64,000 bases of DNA from sequence record NC_016163.1, one strand, 5' to 3'. Both the position numbers and the translations under genes were made by a program. This document shows, one piece after another, positions 9,738-18,714 of the stretch. How positions within the stretch are numbered: the first letter of the stretch is position 1; each line of letters starts with the position of its first letter. The notes beneath the pieces were generated by a model. That model was given only the letters and a program-made list of their open reading frames with translations. It searched no databases and was not told the origin of the DNA.

Positions 9738-11096
9738 TTAATTCGTAAATAAAGTTTCTAAACCTAACAGGGTATCTTTGGCTGGTAGGAAGTCACGATT
9801 GAAAAGACCTGTATCTGCGTCAATCATCATATTATGTACATACAACGGCTTGAACAACTCACAATACTCTTTAGAGAAGATTGCAATAAAGTTAAGAACA
9901 TCACCATCATAGTCTGCTCCTAAAGAAGACAGAATAAGGTTATGGATCGATGCAGTTAGATCATGTTTATCTCGCTTAACGCCAGCGCATTTGATTATCA
10001 TTACCGAACCGATATTGATTGATGGGTTTCGGTTAATGATAAACTTGACATTCTTAGAAGTAATAATCTCATTTACAATATTGTAAACGGTTTCATTAAA
10101 CTTCAATGTAGCTTTATAAAAGATTTCATTTGCCTTCATAAATGTCGTCTTATGTAAAGTACGAATTTTACGAATTACAAATGGCCTCATAAGTTCTAAA
10201 GCAGCATTATATGGAATTGTAAACTCATCCATTTCATATTCACCAGTAAGAGGTGTGATTACCATCCTACTAGAGAAGTTAAATCGGTTTCCGATAAGAG
10301 TACTACGGATATAACCATCTTTTTCACTAAGATTATCTACGATGTTAGTGTAGATATTATTCAGCGCTAGTTGATTATTGTACAACAATGGTAAAATATT
10401 AAGATCATTCTGTTCCATACTTGATAAATCTCTAAGAATATTAGAGTTTTTAATCAAGATATTATAGTAATTATTAATCTCTTCAAAGCTAAACTCTCCG
10501 TCTACTACAATAGCTGGACGAAGACGAACGTTAATGATAGGGTAATAATAAATGAACACTTGTTCAATATGTTCCATTACAAAATCATATTCTTTTTGCT
10601 TCTTTTTCTTTTTCAAGAAATAATTCATTACAGTTTCGAAATTATCCATGAAACGAATAATACCGATACCGGTAAATGGTTCTTTCAAAGGAGGTTCAAT
10701 TAATTGACCTTCTACTTTAATATCACCTTTATAGTTAATGATATTACTTAGTACTGAAGCGCCAATAATTTTTTGAAGATAGATGTAAAATAATGGATGA
10801 ATACATGGATACTCAAGATCAATCCAGCCCTCTTTATCTAACATTAATCCACGGAATGTAACCTCTGAACCACAATCCTCTTCTTCGCAAATTTCGCCTT
10901 TATGGAATTCACCATGTAAGGCACCACATGTACATGACCATTCAATACCAGAAGCCATGTTACCGAAAATAGTTGGGGAGAAGATACCATCTTCAGTGAA
11001 CTTTTTATTATCACCTTCTAACGGATTTGGATTCTGAATGATACGGTGTAGATTAGCTTCTTCATTCAGATTTCGTACATCCATTCTAATACTCAT
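9738..11096 (-). CDS. rpoC: Phage multisubunit RNA polymerase beta'-like subunit, N-terminal/catalytic part (probably non-virion RNAP)
   Basis: DGIFSPTIFG, Zn-binding CTCG...C...C, GNRFNFSSRMVITP, INRNPSI, catalytic GADYDGD; early-type promoter at 11144-11151. Confidence 0.92.
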   Translation of the reverse strand: MSIRMDVRNLNEEANLHRIIQNPNPLEGDNKKFTEDGIFSPTIFGNMASGIEWSCTCGALHGEFHKGEICEEEDCGSEVTFRGLMLDKEGWIDLEYPCIHPLFYIYLQKIIGASVLSNIINYKGDIKVEGQLIEPPLKEPFTGIGIIRFMDNFETVMNYFLKKKKKQKEYDFVMEHIEQVFIYYYPIINVRLRPAIVVDGEFSFEEINNYYNILIKNSNILRDLSSMEQNDLNILPLLYNNQLALNNIYTNIVDNLSEKDGYIRSTLIGNRFNFSSRMVITPLTGEYEMDEFTIPYNAALELMRPFVIRKIRTLHKTTFMKANEIFYKATLKFNETVYNIVNEIITSKNVKFIINRNPSINIGSVMIIKCAGVKRDKHDLTASIHNLILSSLGADYDGDVLNFIAIFSKEYCELFKPLYVHNMMIDADTGLFNRDFLPAKDTLLGLETLFTN

Positions 11097-11143
11097 TCGT
11101 ATTCTCCGCTTATTGTTTGTCTAGAAATAAACTCTTCAATATT

Positions 11144-11151
11144 ATAATATA
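11144..11151 (-). promoter_or_regulatory. Early-type promoter TATATTAT driving the RNAP subunit
   Basis: ATAATATA on the plus strand, upstream of the 11096 start. Confidence 0.6.
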
Positions 11152-11298
11152 TTTTTATAAGAATTATTAACTTTTTTATTCAGGAACATAGAAATTTTTT
11201 ATAAAAATATACTATATTTATAGTTCAAACATCTAAATAGTTTAAAATATTTAACAAAAATCATAGATTAAATGATTTTTTTTAAAAAGGTAAATAAT

Positions 11299-11976
11299 AT
11301 GGCTATGTTTTTAGAAAGCACTGTTACTGAACAGCAACCTGAATTGACTTATGTATCGACTTTGTCTATCATGGAAGAACTCAACGATATCACTATTGAG
11401 CTTTCAGAAAATTTTGAATCTTTCTTCCAAGAAGAATATTCTATTTTAAAAGAAGAATCTGATGAAGTTAAAGCAGAGAAAAAAGAATCATTTAAAGATA
11501 AAGTTGGTAAAACTATAACTAATATACTAGATAGGATTCGCGTAGCGGTAGTGAAAGTTAAACAATTTTTATTATATTATATTTCTAAAGCAATTGGAAG
11601 TAAACGTTTTGTACGTGCTCCTCAAGAGTTAGTTCGTTTTATGGCTTCACATTCTATTTCTTATGTATTCAAAAATTTCGCCGATGATAGTAAATTAGAC
11701 GAAATTAAGAAAGATTTGGAAGCCGATAAAGCTGCTTTTGAAAAAGCTAAAGCTGATACTACTATGTTCACCATGCCAGCCGAAAAATTTAAAGGATTTC
11801 TCAACCCAGCTAAAAAATCCTTTGAAGAAATTGAATCAGGAATTAAGAGTAATACCCAGCTCTCTCCAGAAGGTGCTAAGGTATTACAGGCATGCGTTAC
11901 TTTCTCTCTTGCTGTAGTACATGCTATTACCGCAAAAACTAAAGGTCTTGATAAAGAACCTTCAGATAAAGAATAA
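11299..11976 (+). CDS. Putative internal head protein with Glu-rich N-terminus (start likely 11299, not 11272)
   Basis: RBS aaaggt before ATG 11299; late promoter AACA-tctaaa-TA at 11228-11239. Confidence 0.5.
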   Translation: MAMFLESTVTEQQPELTYVSTLSIMEELNDITIELSENFESFFQEEYSILKEESDEVKAEKKESFKDKVGKTITNILDRIRVAVVKVKQFLLYYISKAIGSKRFVRAPQELVRFMASHSISYVFKNFADDSKLDEIKKDLEADKAAFEKAKADTTMFTMPAEKFKGFLNPAKKSFEEIESGIKSNTQLSPEGAKVLQACVTFSLAVVHAITAKTKGLDKEPSDKE

Positions 11977-12087
11977 TATAAACCCTATACCCTCTTTATG
12001 AAGGTATAGGGTTTATAATTTGAATTTCAATCATATATTATATTAGTAGTAACAGGAATTTAGTAGTTTAAAACCGAAGGTATTCCA

Positions 12088-12849
12088 ATGGGTTTTCCAC
12101 TAGTATATAAGTCTGATAAACGTTATGTCAGAAATAAAAATATTATAGAATTCGATATGAAATCAGGCGGATATTCTATTGCTATGTCAAAAGGTTTGAT
12201 AAAGGATAAGAAAACTAGACTTAAGCTAAAACATGCTGACAAGAAAGAAAAGCAGATTATCTTAGGTCTATACGCTAAAGAACATAAAGAATTCACTAAA
12301 TCTTTACACAAAGGATTTCAAGAGTATGTCAAGTTATTTATTGAAGAAAATGATATTGAAACAAAATCTGTAATAACTATTAATAAAGACTCAGTATTAT
12401 TCTTTGGTAGGCAGCCTAGAAATGTATCGTTTGATAAAGTACTATTTACTAAACGAGGATCTTTCACCAGCTATCTTAAATTAGGAAGAATTGAATTCCT
12501 TCTTAATGGTAAAACTGGAGAAAAGCTAATTAAAGGTATTGCAATCGATGATTATACTGAAACATTACTAGAAGAAGTATTTACGGTAATGAAAATGGCT
12601 GAATTCGGTGGTAAGAAATCTGTAATAGATTATCTTATAGAACTAAGACAAGCTTATGTAAATTTAGATTTAACCGATAACTATTATAAAGAATTATCCC
12701 CTTTAGGTAGAGGTTATTTACTTAAAGAAGGATATAAATTCAATAATGTCTATATTAACGAAATGGATGATGAGATGGATATCTCCGATATAGATATAGT
12801 TTATAATTATAAAAATTTTATCATTCCATTATGCGATATATTCGTGTAA
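12088..12849 (+). CDS. Hypothetical protein, possibly a DNA polymerase palm-like domain
   Basis: EFDMKSGGYSI and INKDSVLF resemble family-B motifs A and C; early promoter at 12034-12041. Confidence 0.4.
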   Translation: MGFPLVYKSDKRYVRNKNIIEFDMKSGGYSIAMSKGLIKDKKTRLKLKHADKKEKQIILGLYAKEHKEFTKSLHKGFQEYVKLFIEENDIETKSVITINKDSVLFFGRQPRNVSFDKVLFTKRGSFTSYLKLGRIEFLLNGKTGEKLIKGIAIDDYTETLLEEVFTVMKMAEFGGKKSVIDYLIELRQAYVNLDLTDNYYKELSPLGRGYLLKEGYKFNNVYINEMDDEMDISDIDIVYNYKNFIIPLCDIFV

Positions 12850-12855
12850 TAAAAT

Positions 12856-12886
12856 TCCCTATACCTTCATAAAGAGGGTATAGGGA
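12856..12886. terminator. Bidirectional terminator
   Basis: ccctatacc / ggtataggg stem between convergent genes. Confidence 0.75.
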
Positions 12887-12898
12887 GTTATTTTTTTT

Positions 12899-13264
12899 TT
12901 ATTCTTCTACTTCATCAATAGTTACTTCAGTACCAATAATCGATTTATTGATTTTGATCCCTTTAGTAATAAGATTTTTAGAGATTACTTCAGAAATAGT
13001 AAGAACTAACCCATCTTTATCCATATATCGTAAGATTAAATCGATATATTCATCAGATAATTTAGATATAATAGATTTGGCTGATTTAGAAATAAGGTCA
13101 GAAATGTAAACCTCACTAATATTCATGCTATTACTATTCATCATATCTAATTCCCAATCAGCATTTTCTGACTCTAATTTGATTAGAAAGAAAAGTAAAG
13201 CGAAATCTTTCTCGAAATTAGGTGTAAAAGCTGGTTTTAGTACAACTTTACGTCTCCAGAACAT
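12899..13264 (-). CDS. Hypothetical protein
   Basis: Translationally coupled to the upstream ORF. Confidence 0.6.
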   Translation of the reverse strand: MFWRRKVVLKPAFTPNFEKDFALLFFLIKLESENADWELDMMNSNSMNISEVYISDLISKSAKSIISKLSDEYIDLILRYMDKDGLVLTISEVISKNLITKGIKINKSIIGTEVTIDEVEE

Positions 13265-14151
13265 TATTCATCATCCTCAAGCTGTTCAGACAAAGATTTG
13301 TTTTTCTTTTTAGGAGGTTTAGGAATTTTGACAGATTTCTTAGGAATAATCACTTCTTCCTCGTCATCTTCATCGTCCTCTTCTACTTCTTCAATATCAT
13401 TAACAGAGCCTTCTGTACTAGAAGGTTTTTTGGCATCAATAATATTAACTTCTTCATCATCTATTTTCTCTATTTCTGGTAGAAGAACCTGATCATAATC
13501 AGCTTCATCATATTCATCATAGAGTTCAGGATTAATAACAGTTAAATTCTTTCTAGCATTTTCTATAGTTATTTCACTAGTATTTTTAAGCCTAGTGATT
13601 TTTTCTAAATGCTCATCCGTTAGATAAGCTTTATGATCTTGTGCAAAAGCATCATACTTACCAAATACATCACTATTCTTAATAAAATACTTTCCAGCAT
13701 GCATCATTTGATGCGCAGTAACAGTTAAAGGTACTAAACCTACTTTATTAGAAAAATGTAAATCCATTACTTCATTAGCTATGCTAAATCTAGTAAATGG
13801 TCTATCCAAAGTAAGATATTTAGTTAAAATTACATCCACTATATCATATAAAGTAAATGGCATATGGTGCATTTCAATTTTTAATGCTGATGCAACTTCT
13901 TCTGGAATTCTATCAAACAAAGTACAATAGGTTAAATTAACTTCATTTCTCAAGTACCCGATATAGTTTCTATATTCTATAGAAGTGCGTATAATTCGTT
14001 CAATACTTTTGATGAATTTTTCTTTATTCTTTTCATTGGTGAGAAGTTCTAAATCATTATAAAATGATTTACTCCTATATAAATTAAATAATGGCTTAAA
14101 TTGCTTTTCTTTTTGTTTAGCTTTATTAACTCGTATTCCTATAGTACCCAT
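13264..14151 (-). CDS. His-cluster protein (HHxPF...GLVPLTVTxHQ), paralog of 15525-16202, with acidic/basic tail
   Basis: Shared motifs visible by eye. Confidence 0.65.
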   Translation of the reverse strand: MGTIGIRVNKAKQKEKQFKPLFNLYRSKSFYNDLELLTNEKNKEKFIKSIERIIRTSIEYRNYIGYLRNEVNLTYCTLFDRIPEEVASALKIEMHHMPFTLYDIVDVILTKYLTLDRPFTRFSIANEVMDLHFSNKVGLVPLTVTAHQMMHAGKYFIKNSDVFGKYDAFAQDHKAYLTDEHLEKITRLKNTSEITIENARKNLTVINPELYDEYDEADYDQVLLPEIEKIDDEEVNIIDAKKPSSTEGSVNDIEEVEEDDEDDEEEVIIPKKSVKIPKPPKKKNKSLSEQLEDDE

Positions 14152-14152
14152 A

Positions 14153-14671
14153 TCAAGACCTATCTGCTATAGCTTTCTGTAATAACCTAACATTCTTATC
14201 TAAATTAGTTAGGACATCCAAAGAATAAACAAATTCATCACTATTTCCACTAGCTAGGTTGACTTTCACATTAATATTAAAAGACTGTCTAGTGGGATTT
14301 GGAGGAGTATAGTTGTATACTTGATTTTCTTTACCTGATGGTAAATCTTCCCATTTTGTTATGTGATGAACAGTATCCTTAACTATATTCTTGTATGAGA
14401 TTTTTAATTCAAATAAACCTACAAAATCATTTGAAGAAAGCTCTACGGAAGTTGAAGTAATTTTTACATTAAGGAATTCTTCTAATTTACCATTTACAAT
14501 ACATTCATAGGAAGTAACGGTATCTGTAGTAGTGGTTACGGCTCCGGTAATAGGGTCTGTAGTTTCCACTGGAAGGGGTATAAAGGAAATACTAGTAACT
14601 GGCATTACTGCATCTTCATAGTAGTTTCCGAGTTTTGCAGTTGTCGGATTCCAAGTACCTAATTCACTCAT
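14153..14671 (-). CDS. Putative virion structural protein
   Basis: Beta-rich 172-aa ORF in a late operon. Confidence 0.5.
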   Translation of the reverse strand: MSELGTWNPTTAKLGNYYEDAVMPVTSISFIPLPVETTDPITGAVTTTTDTVTSYECIVNGKLEEFLNVKITSTSVELSSNDFVGLFELKISYKNIVKDTVHHITKWEDLPSGKENQVYNYTPPNPTRQSFNINVKVNLASGNSDEFVYSLDVLTNLDKNVRLLQKAIADRS

Positions 14672-14727
14672 GTTTCCACCAAAAAAGTTAAAAATACCCT
14701 ATACTATTCAATAGTATAGGGTACTAG

Positions 14728-15084
14728 TTATTTCAAGAATTTTAGTCTATAGACTGCTCTTTGGAGGCGGGTTTCCAAGTTGTCTATTAAACTATTAACA
14801 CCTTTACTTACAGGGAAGGATTCTCTTTCTTTTTTAATATAAGATAGAAAATCACTTATGAAAGTAAGTGCATTTTTACCTGCTAAGTCTACTTCTTTTA
14901 TTGAACTAGGTACAATCAGTTGACCTATATCACCTTGATGACATTCAATAATATCATCTATATCATCACCTAATTCATTATATAAAGTTTCTAGGGCTTT
15001 ATGTTCAGAATATGATTGAGAAGATAGGTGCAACATATGTACTGCAGTTCTAACCATAAATAGACTTTTTATAAAGTCTTCCAT
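14728..15084 (-). CDS. Ferritin/Dps-like protein (DUF5856-like)
   Basis: HMLHLSSQSYSEHKALETLYNELGDDIDDIIE pattern typical of phage Dps-like four-helix bundles. Confidence 0.75.
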   Translation of the reverse strand: MEDFIKSLFMVRTAVHMLHLSSQSYSEHKALETLYNELGDDIDDIIECHQGDIGQLIVPSSIKEVDLAGKNALTFISDFLSYIKKERESFPVSKGVNSLIDNLETRLQRAVYRLKFLK

Positions 15085-15093
15085 AGCTAAACC

Positions 15094-15483
15094 TTATTTA
15101 AGAGAAGCTTTCTTTTTAACTGCAATAGATTTTACTGCTTCAAGTTGAGACTTGAAGGTTTTTAGTAAACCTTTAGCTTTATTTTCGCCTTGAATGAAAT
15201 GCGATGCACCCATACCAACAAGACCACCCATAAAATTAGAAATAAAAAGATCTACAAATTTTCTACCAATATCGCCTTTAATTCTTGATTCGGTAGCATT
15301 AAGATAATCATCAATATCTGAAATAATTTCAGTGATTCTAGACTTAGAATCAGCATTAGCAATATCTTTTTTCAAAGTACTAATAACGGTATCAGATTTA
15401 CCAGTAAAGACTAATTTAAGTGCTTCAAGAGGTCTAAAATCTTCTTGCAACAATTCTTCCACTAATACATTATCACCTAACAT
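15094..15483 (-). CDS. Putative head-associated protein
   Basis: Glu-rich N-terminus (VEELLQED), helical; late context. Confidence 0.45.
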   Translation of the reverse strand: MLGDNVLVEELLQEDFRPLEALKLVFTGKSDTVISTLKKDIANADSKSRITEIISDIDDYLNATESRIKGDIGRKFVDLFISNFMGGLVGMGASHFIQGENKAKGLLKTFKSQLEAVKSIAVKKKASLK

Positions 15484-15524
15484 AAATTTCCCTTATGTAA
15501 TTTTACTATAAAAATTTATACTAA

Positions 15525-16202
15525 TTAAGTGTTATCTTTAGGAGATTCTTTATACTCAAGTACTTTCAAGAAATCACCTTTTACGAGGGATTTTCTTTCT
15601 ACCAATTGACGGACTATTTCTATATCAAAATCTGAGAAATAATCAGTATATTCTTTATAAAACTGCTCCCAATTACCAAATATTTGCTTTCTGGTAATAT
15701 TTAGTCTATTAAGGTGAGCTAATTGGTGCATGGTCACAGTTAATGGAACCAAACCAATTTTACCAGAAAAGTGTTCCTGAAGTACTTTATCAGCAATAAT
15801 AAAAGTGGATACTTTCTTATTATCTTCCATATACTTTTGTGTTACTACCGAACAAATAGTATATAAATTAAATGGAAAGTGATGTAATTGTATTTCTGCA
15901 TCAGAAGAAGAGATATTTTGAAAGAAAGCGTCACCGGATAATTGATCAATATCTCTTAATTCCTCAAGCCATAATTTATAATCATCATTACTTCTTATAG
16001 CTTTTTCAACAGCTCTGATGAATTTACCATATGTTCGTTCATCAATATCTTGATCGAGATACATAGTAAGGGAATATTCCTGATTCTTTCCCAATATCTC
16101 TATATTATCATCATCTGGTTCTAGATTATCTACTTCTACATCTAGAACTCTAATATCATCTTGTGATATTTCTATATCTTCTTTTTGCTTCTTTTTAGCC
16201 AT
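15525..16202 (-). CDS. His-cluster protein, paralog of 13264-14151
   Basis: IQLHHFPFNLY...IGLVPLTVTMHQLAH. Confidence 0.65.
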   Translation of the reverse strand: MAKKKQKEDIEISQDDIRVLDVEVDNLEPDDDNIEILGKNQEYSLTMYLDQDIDERTYGKFIRAVEKAIRSNDDYKLWLEELRDIDQLSGDAFFQNISSSDAEIQLHHFPFNLYTICSVVTQKYMEDNKKVSTFIIADKVLQEHFSGKIGLVPLTVTMHQLAHLNRLNITRKQIFGNWEQFYKEYTDYFSDFDIEIVRQLVERKSLVKGDFLKVLEYKESPKDNT

Positions 16203-16410
16203 AATTTATAATTCCTTTTTTACAAATATATTATTTTAATGTAATCTAATAGACTTGTTGAAATGTATAAAAGATTTAGAAGTGTAATTAATGTGCTTTC
16301 ATTAATATATTATTTACATGTAATTGCTAATTCTTTGGAAATTAGAATGTTAGGCAATTCCATTTCAATAAAGTTAACTAACGTTAATCTGATAATAAGA
16401 GGATAAAGAC

Positions 16411-17400
16411 ATGCTTAAAGTTGTAGCTCATGGTGGCGATTTATCTACTGAAGAACGTGATGAAATTAACGAAGCTGCGGAAGGAAACTGTGTCTTCATT
16501 GAAGGCTTTAAGCCAGCTAATGAATATCGTGAATCCCCGTATCTTCCTCGTTATGTTTACGATATCCTTAATCGGGTATTGGATAACGGTATTAATCACC
16601 ACAACGCGCATACTATTCACCGCGCACATGAACTTCAACTACCTATTCAGGTAGTTCCAACTAAGTTCACTTCAGGTAAAGATGTTGGTTGTACTTTGCT
16701 TTTTCTGGAAATTCATGCACAGTTTAATTTGTTATACGGGCTGATCGATAACGGTGAAGCTGATTTTGAATTCCATATTCTCAATGTGGAACGAGCACCA
16801 TTAACTATTAAACGTTATATTAAAGGCTTTGAAAAAATGCCTAATGTAGTGGTGGAATTCCAGAACTTTAGTGAAGCTGCTAAAATTCATAAGATCTTAC
16901 CTATGGATGAAGGTAACAATATTGATGTTCAGAACGTATTTGATAAAGTACGCCATGATCGCCTTTCCCGTATTAAAGAGGAAGCTGAAAACGAAGGAAT
17001 TCGTCTCACTCCATTTAATCGGGCTGGCAATGAAATGATCACCCAACGTCCAGAAGGTAATCATATCATTGCTGACCGTGTTAACGGACTTTCTGAGGAA
17101 GATCAAGCTAAGCTTGACCAAATCATTAAAAAGGGTAATTCACACAAGCGCGTAACTCGTAAAGCTTCTCAACAAGAAGTGGCTGAAGATAACGAGCAGG
17201 ATATTCAGGTAGACCTGCTAGAAAAAGGTGGAGAAGAACCACCAGTAGCACCTGCTAAAAAGAATAAACGTGTCACAAAGAAAAGTGACGTCGAAGAAGT
17301 AGTTGAAGCTCCAGCTAAGAAGAAGGTTAAGAAAACTTCTACTACTGCTGAAAAGCCAGCTACCGCTGCGAAAAAAACTAAGAAGGTTGAAAAACAATGA
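16411..17400 (+). CDS. Early protein with Lys/Ala-rich, histone-H1-like C-terminal tail
   Basis: RBS gagga; early promoter at 16306-16313; tail APAKKNK...APAKKKVKK...AAKKTKK. Confidence 0.7.
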   Translation: MLKVVAHGGDLSTEERDEINEAAEGNCVFIEGFKPANEYRESPYLPRYVYDILNRVLDNGINHHNAHTIHRAHELQLPIQVVPTKFTSGKDVGCTLLFLEIHAQFNLLYGLIDNGEADFEFHILNVERAPLTIKRYIKGFEKMPNVVVEFQNFSEAAKIHKILPMDEGNNIDVQNVFDKVRHDRLSRIKEEAENEGIRLTPFNRAGNEMITQRPEGNHIIADRVNGLSEEDQAKLDQIIKKGNSHKRVTRKASQQEVAEDNEQDIQVDLLEKGGEEPPVAPAKKNKRVTKKSDVEEVVEAPAKKKVKKTSTTAEKPATAAKKTKKVEKQ

Positions 17401-17693
17401 TTGTACCAATTATCATTCATCCAAATGAAACTAATGATTCATTTGGCGTTTCTGTTCCAGGTCTCAAGGGCTGTTTTTCAGCTGGAGATACTTTGGAAGA
17501 AGCTACACAAAATGTTGCTGAAGCGTTAGATCTTTATGTAGAACATTGTCATGAAGAAGAAATTAACGTTAATGGTAATGGTAAAGTGATGATTAATACT
17601 AATATTGAACACGCCTTTGATCAATCTGAAGGCGGTATCGTTGTTTGTATTATGTATGAAAATGACGATGCGGTTTCGGTAGATATTAGTTAA
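17397..17693 (+). CDS. hicB: HicB-like antitoxin, N-terminal domain only
   Basis: FGVSVPGLKGCFSAGDTLEEATQNVAEALDLY matches the HicB family; ATGA overlap with the upstream gene. Confidence 0.85.
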   Translation: MIVPIIIHPNETNDSFGVSVPGLKGCFSAGDTLEEATQNVAEALDLYVEHCHEEEINVNGNGKVMINTNIEHAFDQSEGGIVVCIMYENDDAVSVDIS

Positions 17694-17700
17694 TTTTACC

Positions 17701-17730
17701 AATCTAGGGGAAAGGATTATCCCCTAGATT
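17701..17730. terminator. Terminator between convergent genes
   Basis: aatctagggg / cccctagatt stem plus T tract. Confidence 0.75.
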
Positions 17731-17739
17731 TTTTTTTTA

Positions 17740-18606
17740 TTAGTTTATCATTACATTTGAACCTTGATGAACTATCTTAGCGCCACTACTATTTTGAGTG
17801 GTTACAGTACCAGCTCCATCATCCATTACAGTAGAATTACCGCCACTAGTCTGAATAGTAATTTTTTTCTCTTTGTCATCCAATCTAGATACATGGCCAC
17901 CTGTAGTTTTAACTTCAATAAATTGCTCTTTATCAGATAAAACTACATGATTATCTTTCTCAGTCTTCATCTGCACATATTGATTAAGCTCATCAATATT
18001 CAGTAAAAACCCTTTAGGTGTAGTAGCTATAATAGATTTCTTACCAGCATTACCAGCGATAGTAAATTCAAAACCATCTGATGTTTTAATACCGTACTCT
18101 CTAGTTCCACCATTTTCATTATAATAGATAGTGGTTCCATCAGCAAATGATTCAATCACATGAACGTTTGGTTTATTGCTTGGGTTAAACGAATCAGATG
18201 CCATATTAATAGTATCTTGAGAAACTGTTTCGCCATTTAATGTAGGTCTATATGGTAAATAATACCCTTTTTTTGGATCACCGTCTTCAAATTCAACCCA
18301 TACGTTAGCCCCTAAATATGGAACCCTACTATTACCGCTAGAGTTTACTGTAGGTCTTACCCATATGTAGTTAGATCTTTGTAAACTGGTATTAATCATA
18401 GATGTAATTTCTGGGTTCGCTATACCAGACGTACCAGTAGTTTCAACTTTGTCCTTTTTAGCGGGTTTGTTAGGGTCTTCAAATGGCATAAGCGATGGAA
18501 TAACTACACCAATTCGACTTTCACCTTTAGGGTCTTCTCTTACAACCACAACCCCTCTTTTTCTACCCTCGTAGCTTATTTCCTGATATTGTTTTGATAG
18601 GTTCAT
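17740..18606 (-). CDS. Baseplate spike/hub protein (gp5/gpV OB fold plus beta-helix repeats)
   Basis: RGVVVVREDPKGESRIGV...VPYLGANVWVEFEDGDP; C-terminal short beta repeats; late promoter at 18629-18640. Confidence 0.8.
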   Translation of the reverse strand: MNLSKQYQEISYEGRKRGVVVVREDPKGESRIGVVIPSLMPFEDPNKPAKKDKVETTGTSGIANPEITSMINTSLQRSNYIWVRPTVNSSGNSRVPYLGANVWVEFEDGDPKKGYYLPYRPTLNGETVSQDTINMASDSFNPSNKPNVHVIESFADGTTIYYNENGGTREYGIKTSDGFEFTIAGNAGKKSIIATTPKGFLLNIDELNQYVQMKTEKDNHVVLSDKEQFIEVKTTGGHVSRLDDKEKKITIQTSGGNSTVMDDGAGTVTTQNSSGAKIVHQGSNVMIN

Positions 18607-18714
18607 ATAAAAACTCCTTATAGTTTAACAATTATTTGTTGTAAGTATAATATTTTATATACTAGTTATTGATATATTATATTATTGATAGCTATTTTGT
18701 CTGAAAGGAATATT

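Noticed and set aside
16247-16259. Possible late promoter for 15525-16202 (and a similar one at 41653-41665)
   Set aside because: The spacing is N7 rather than N6, so these were not counted as motif matches.
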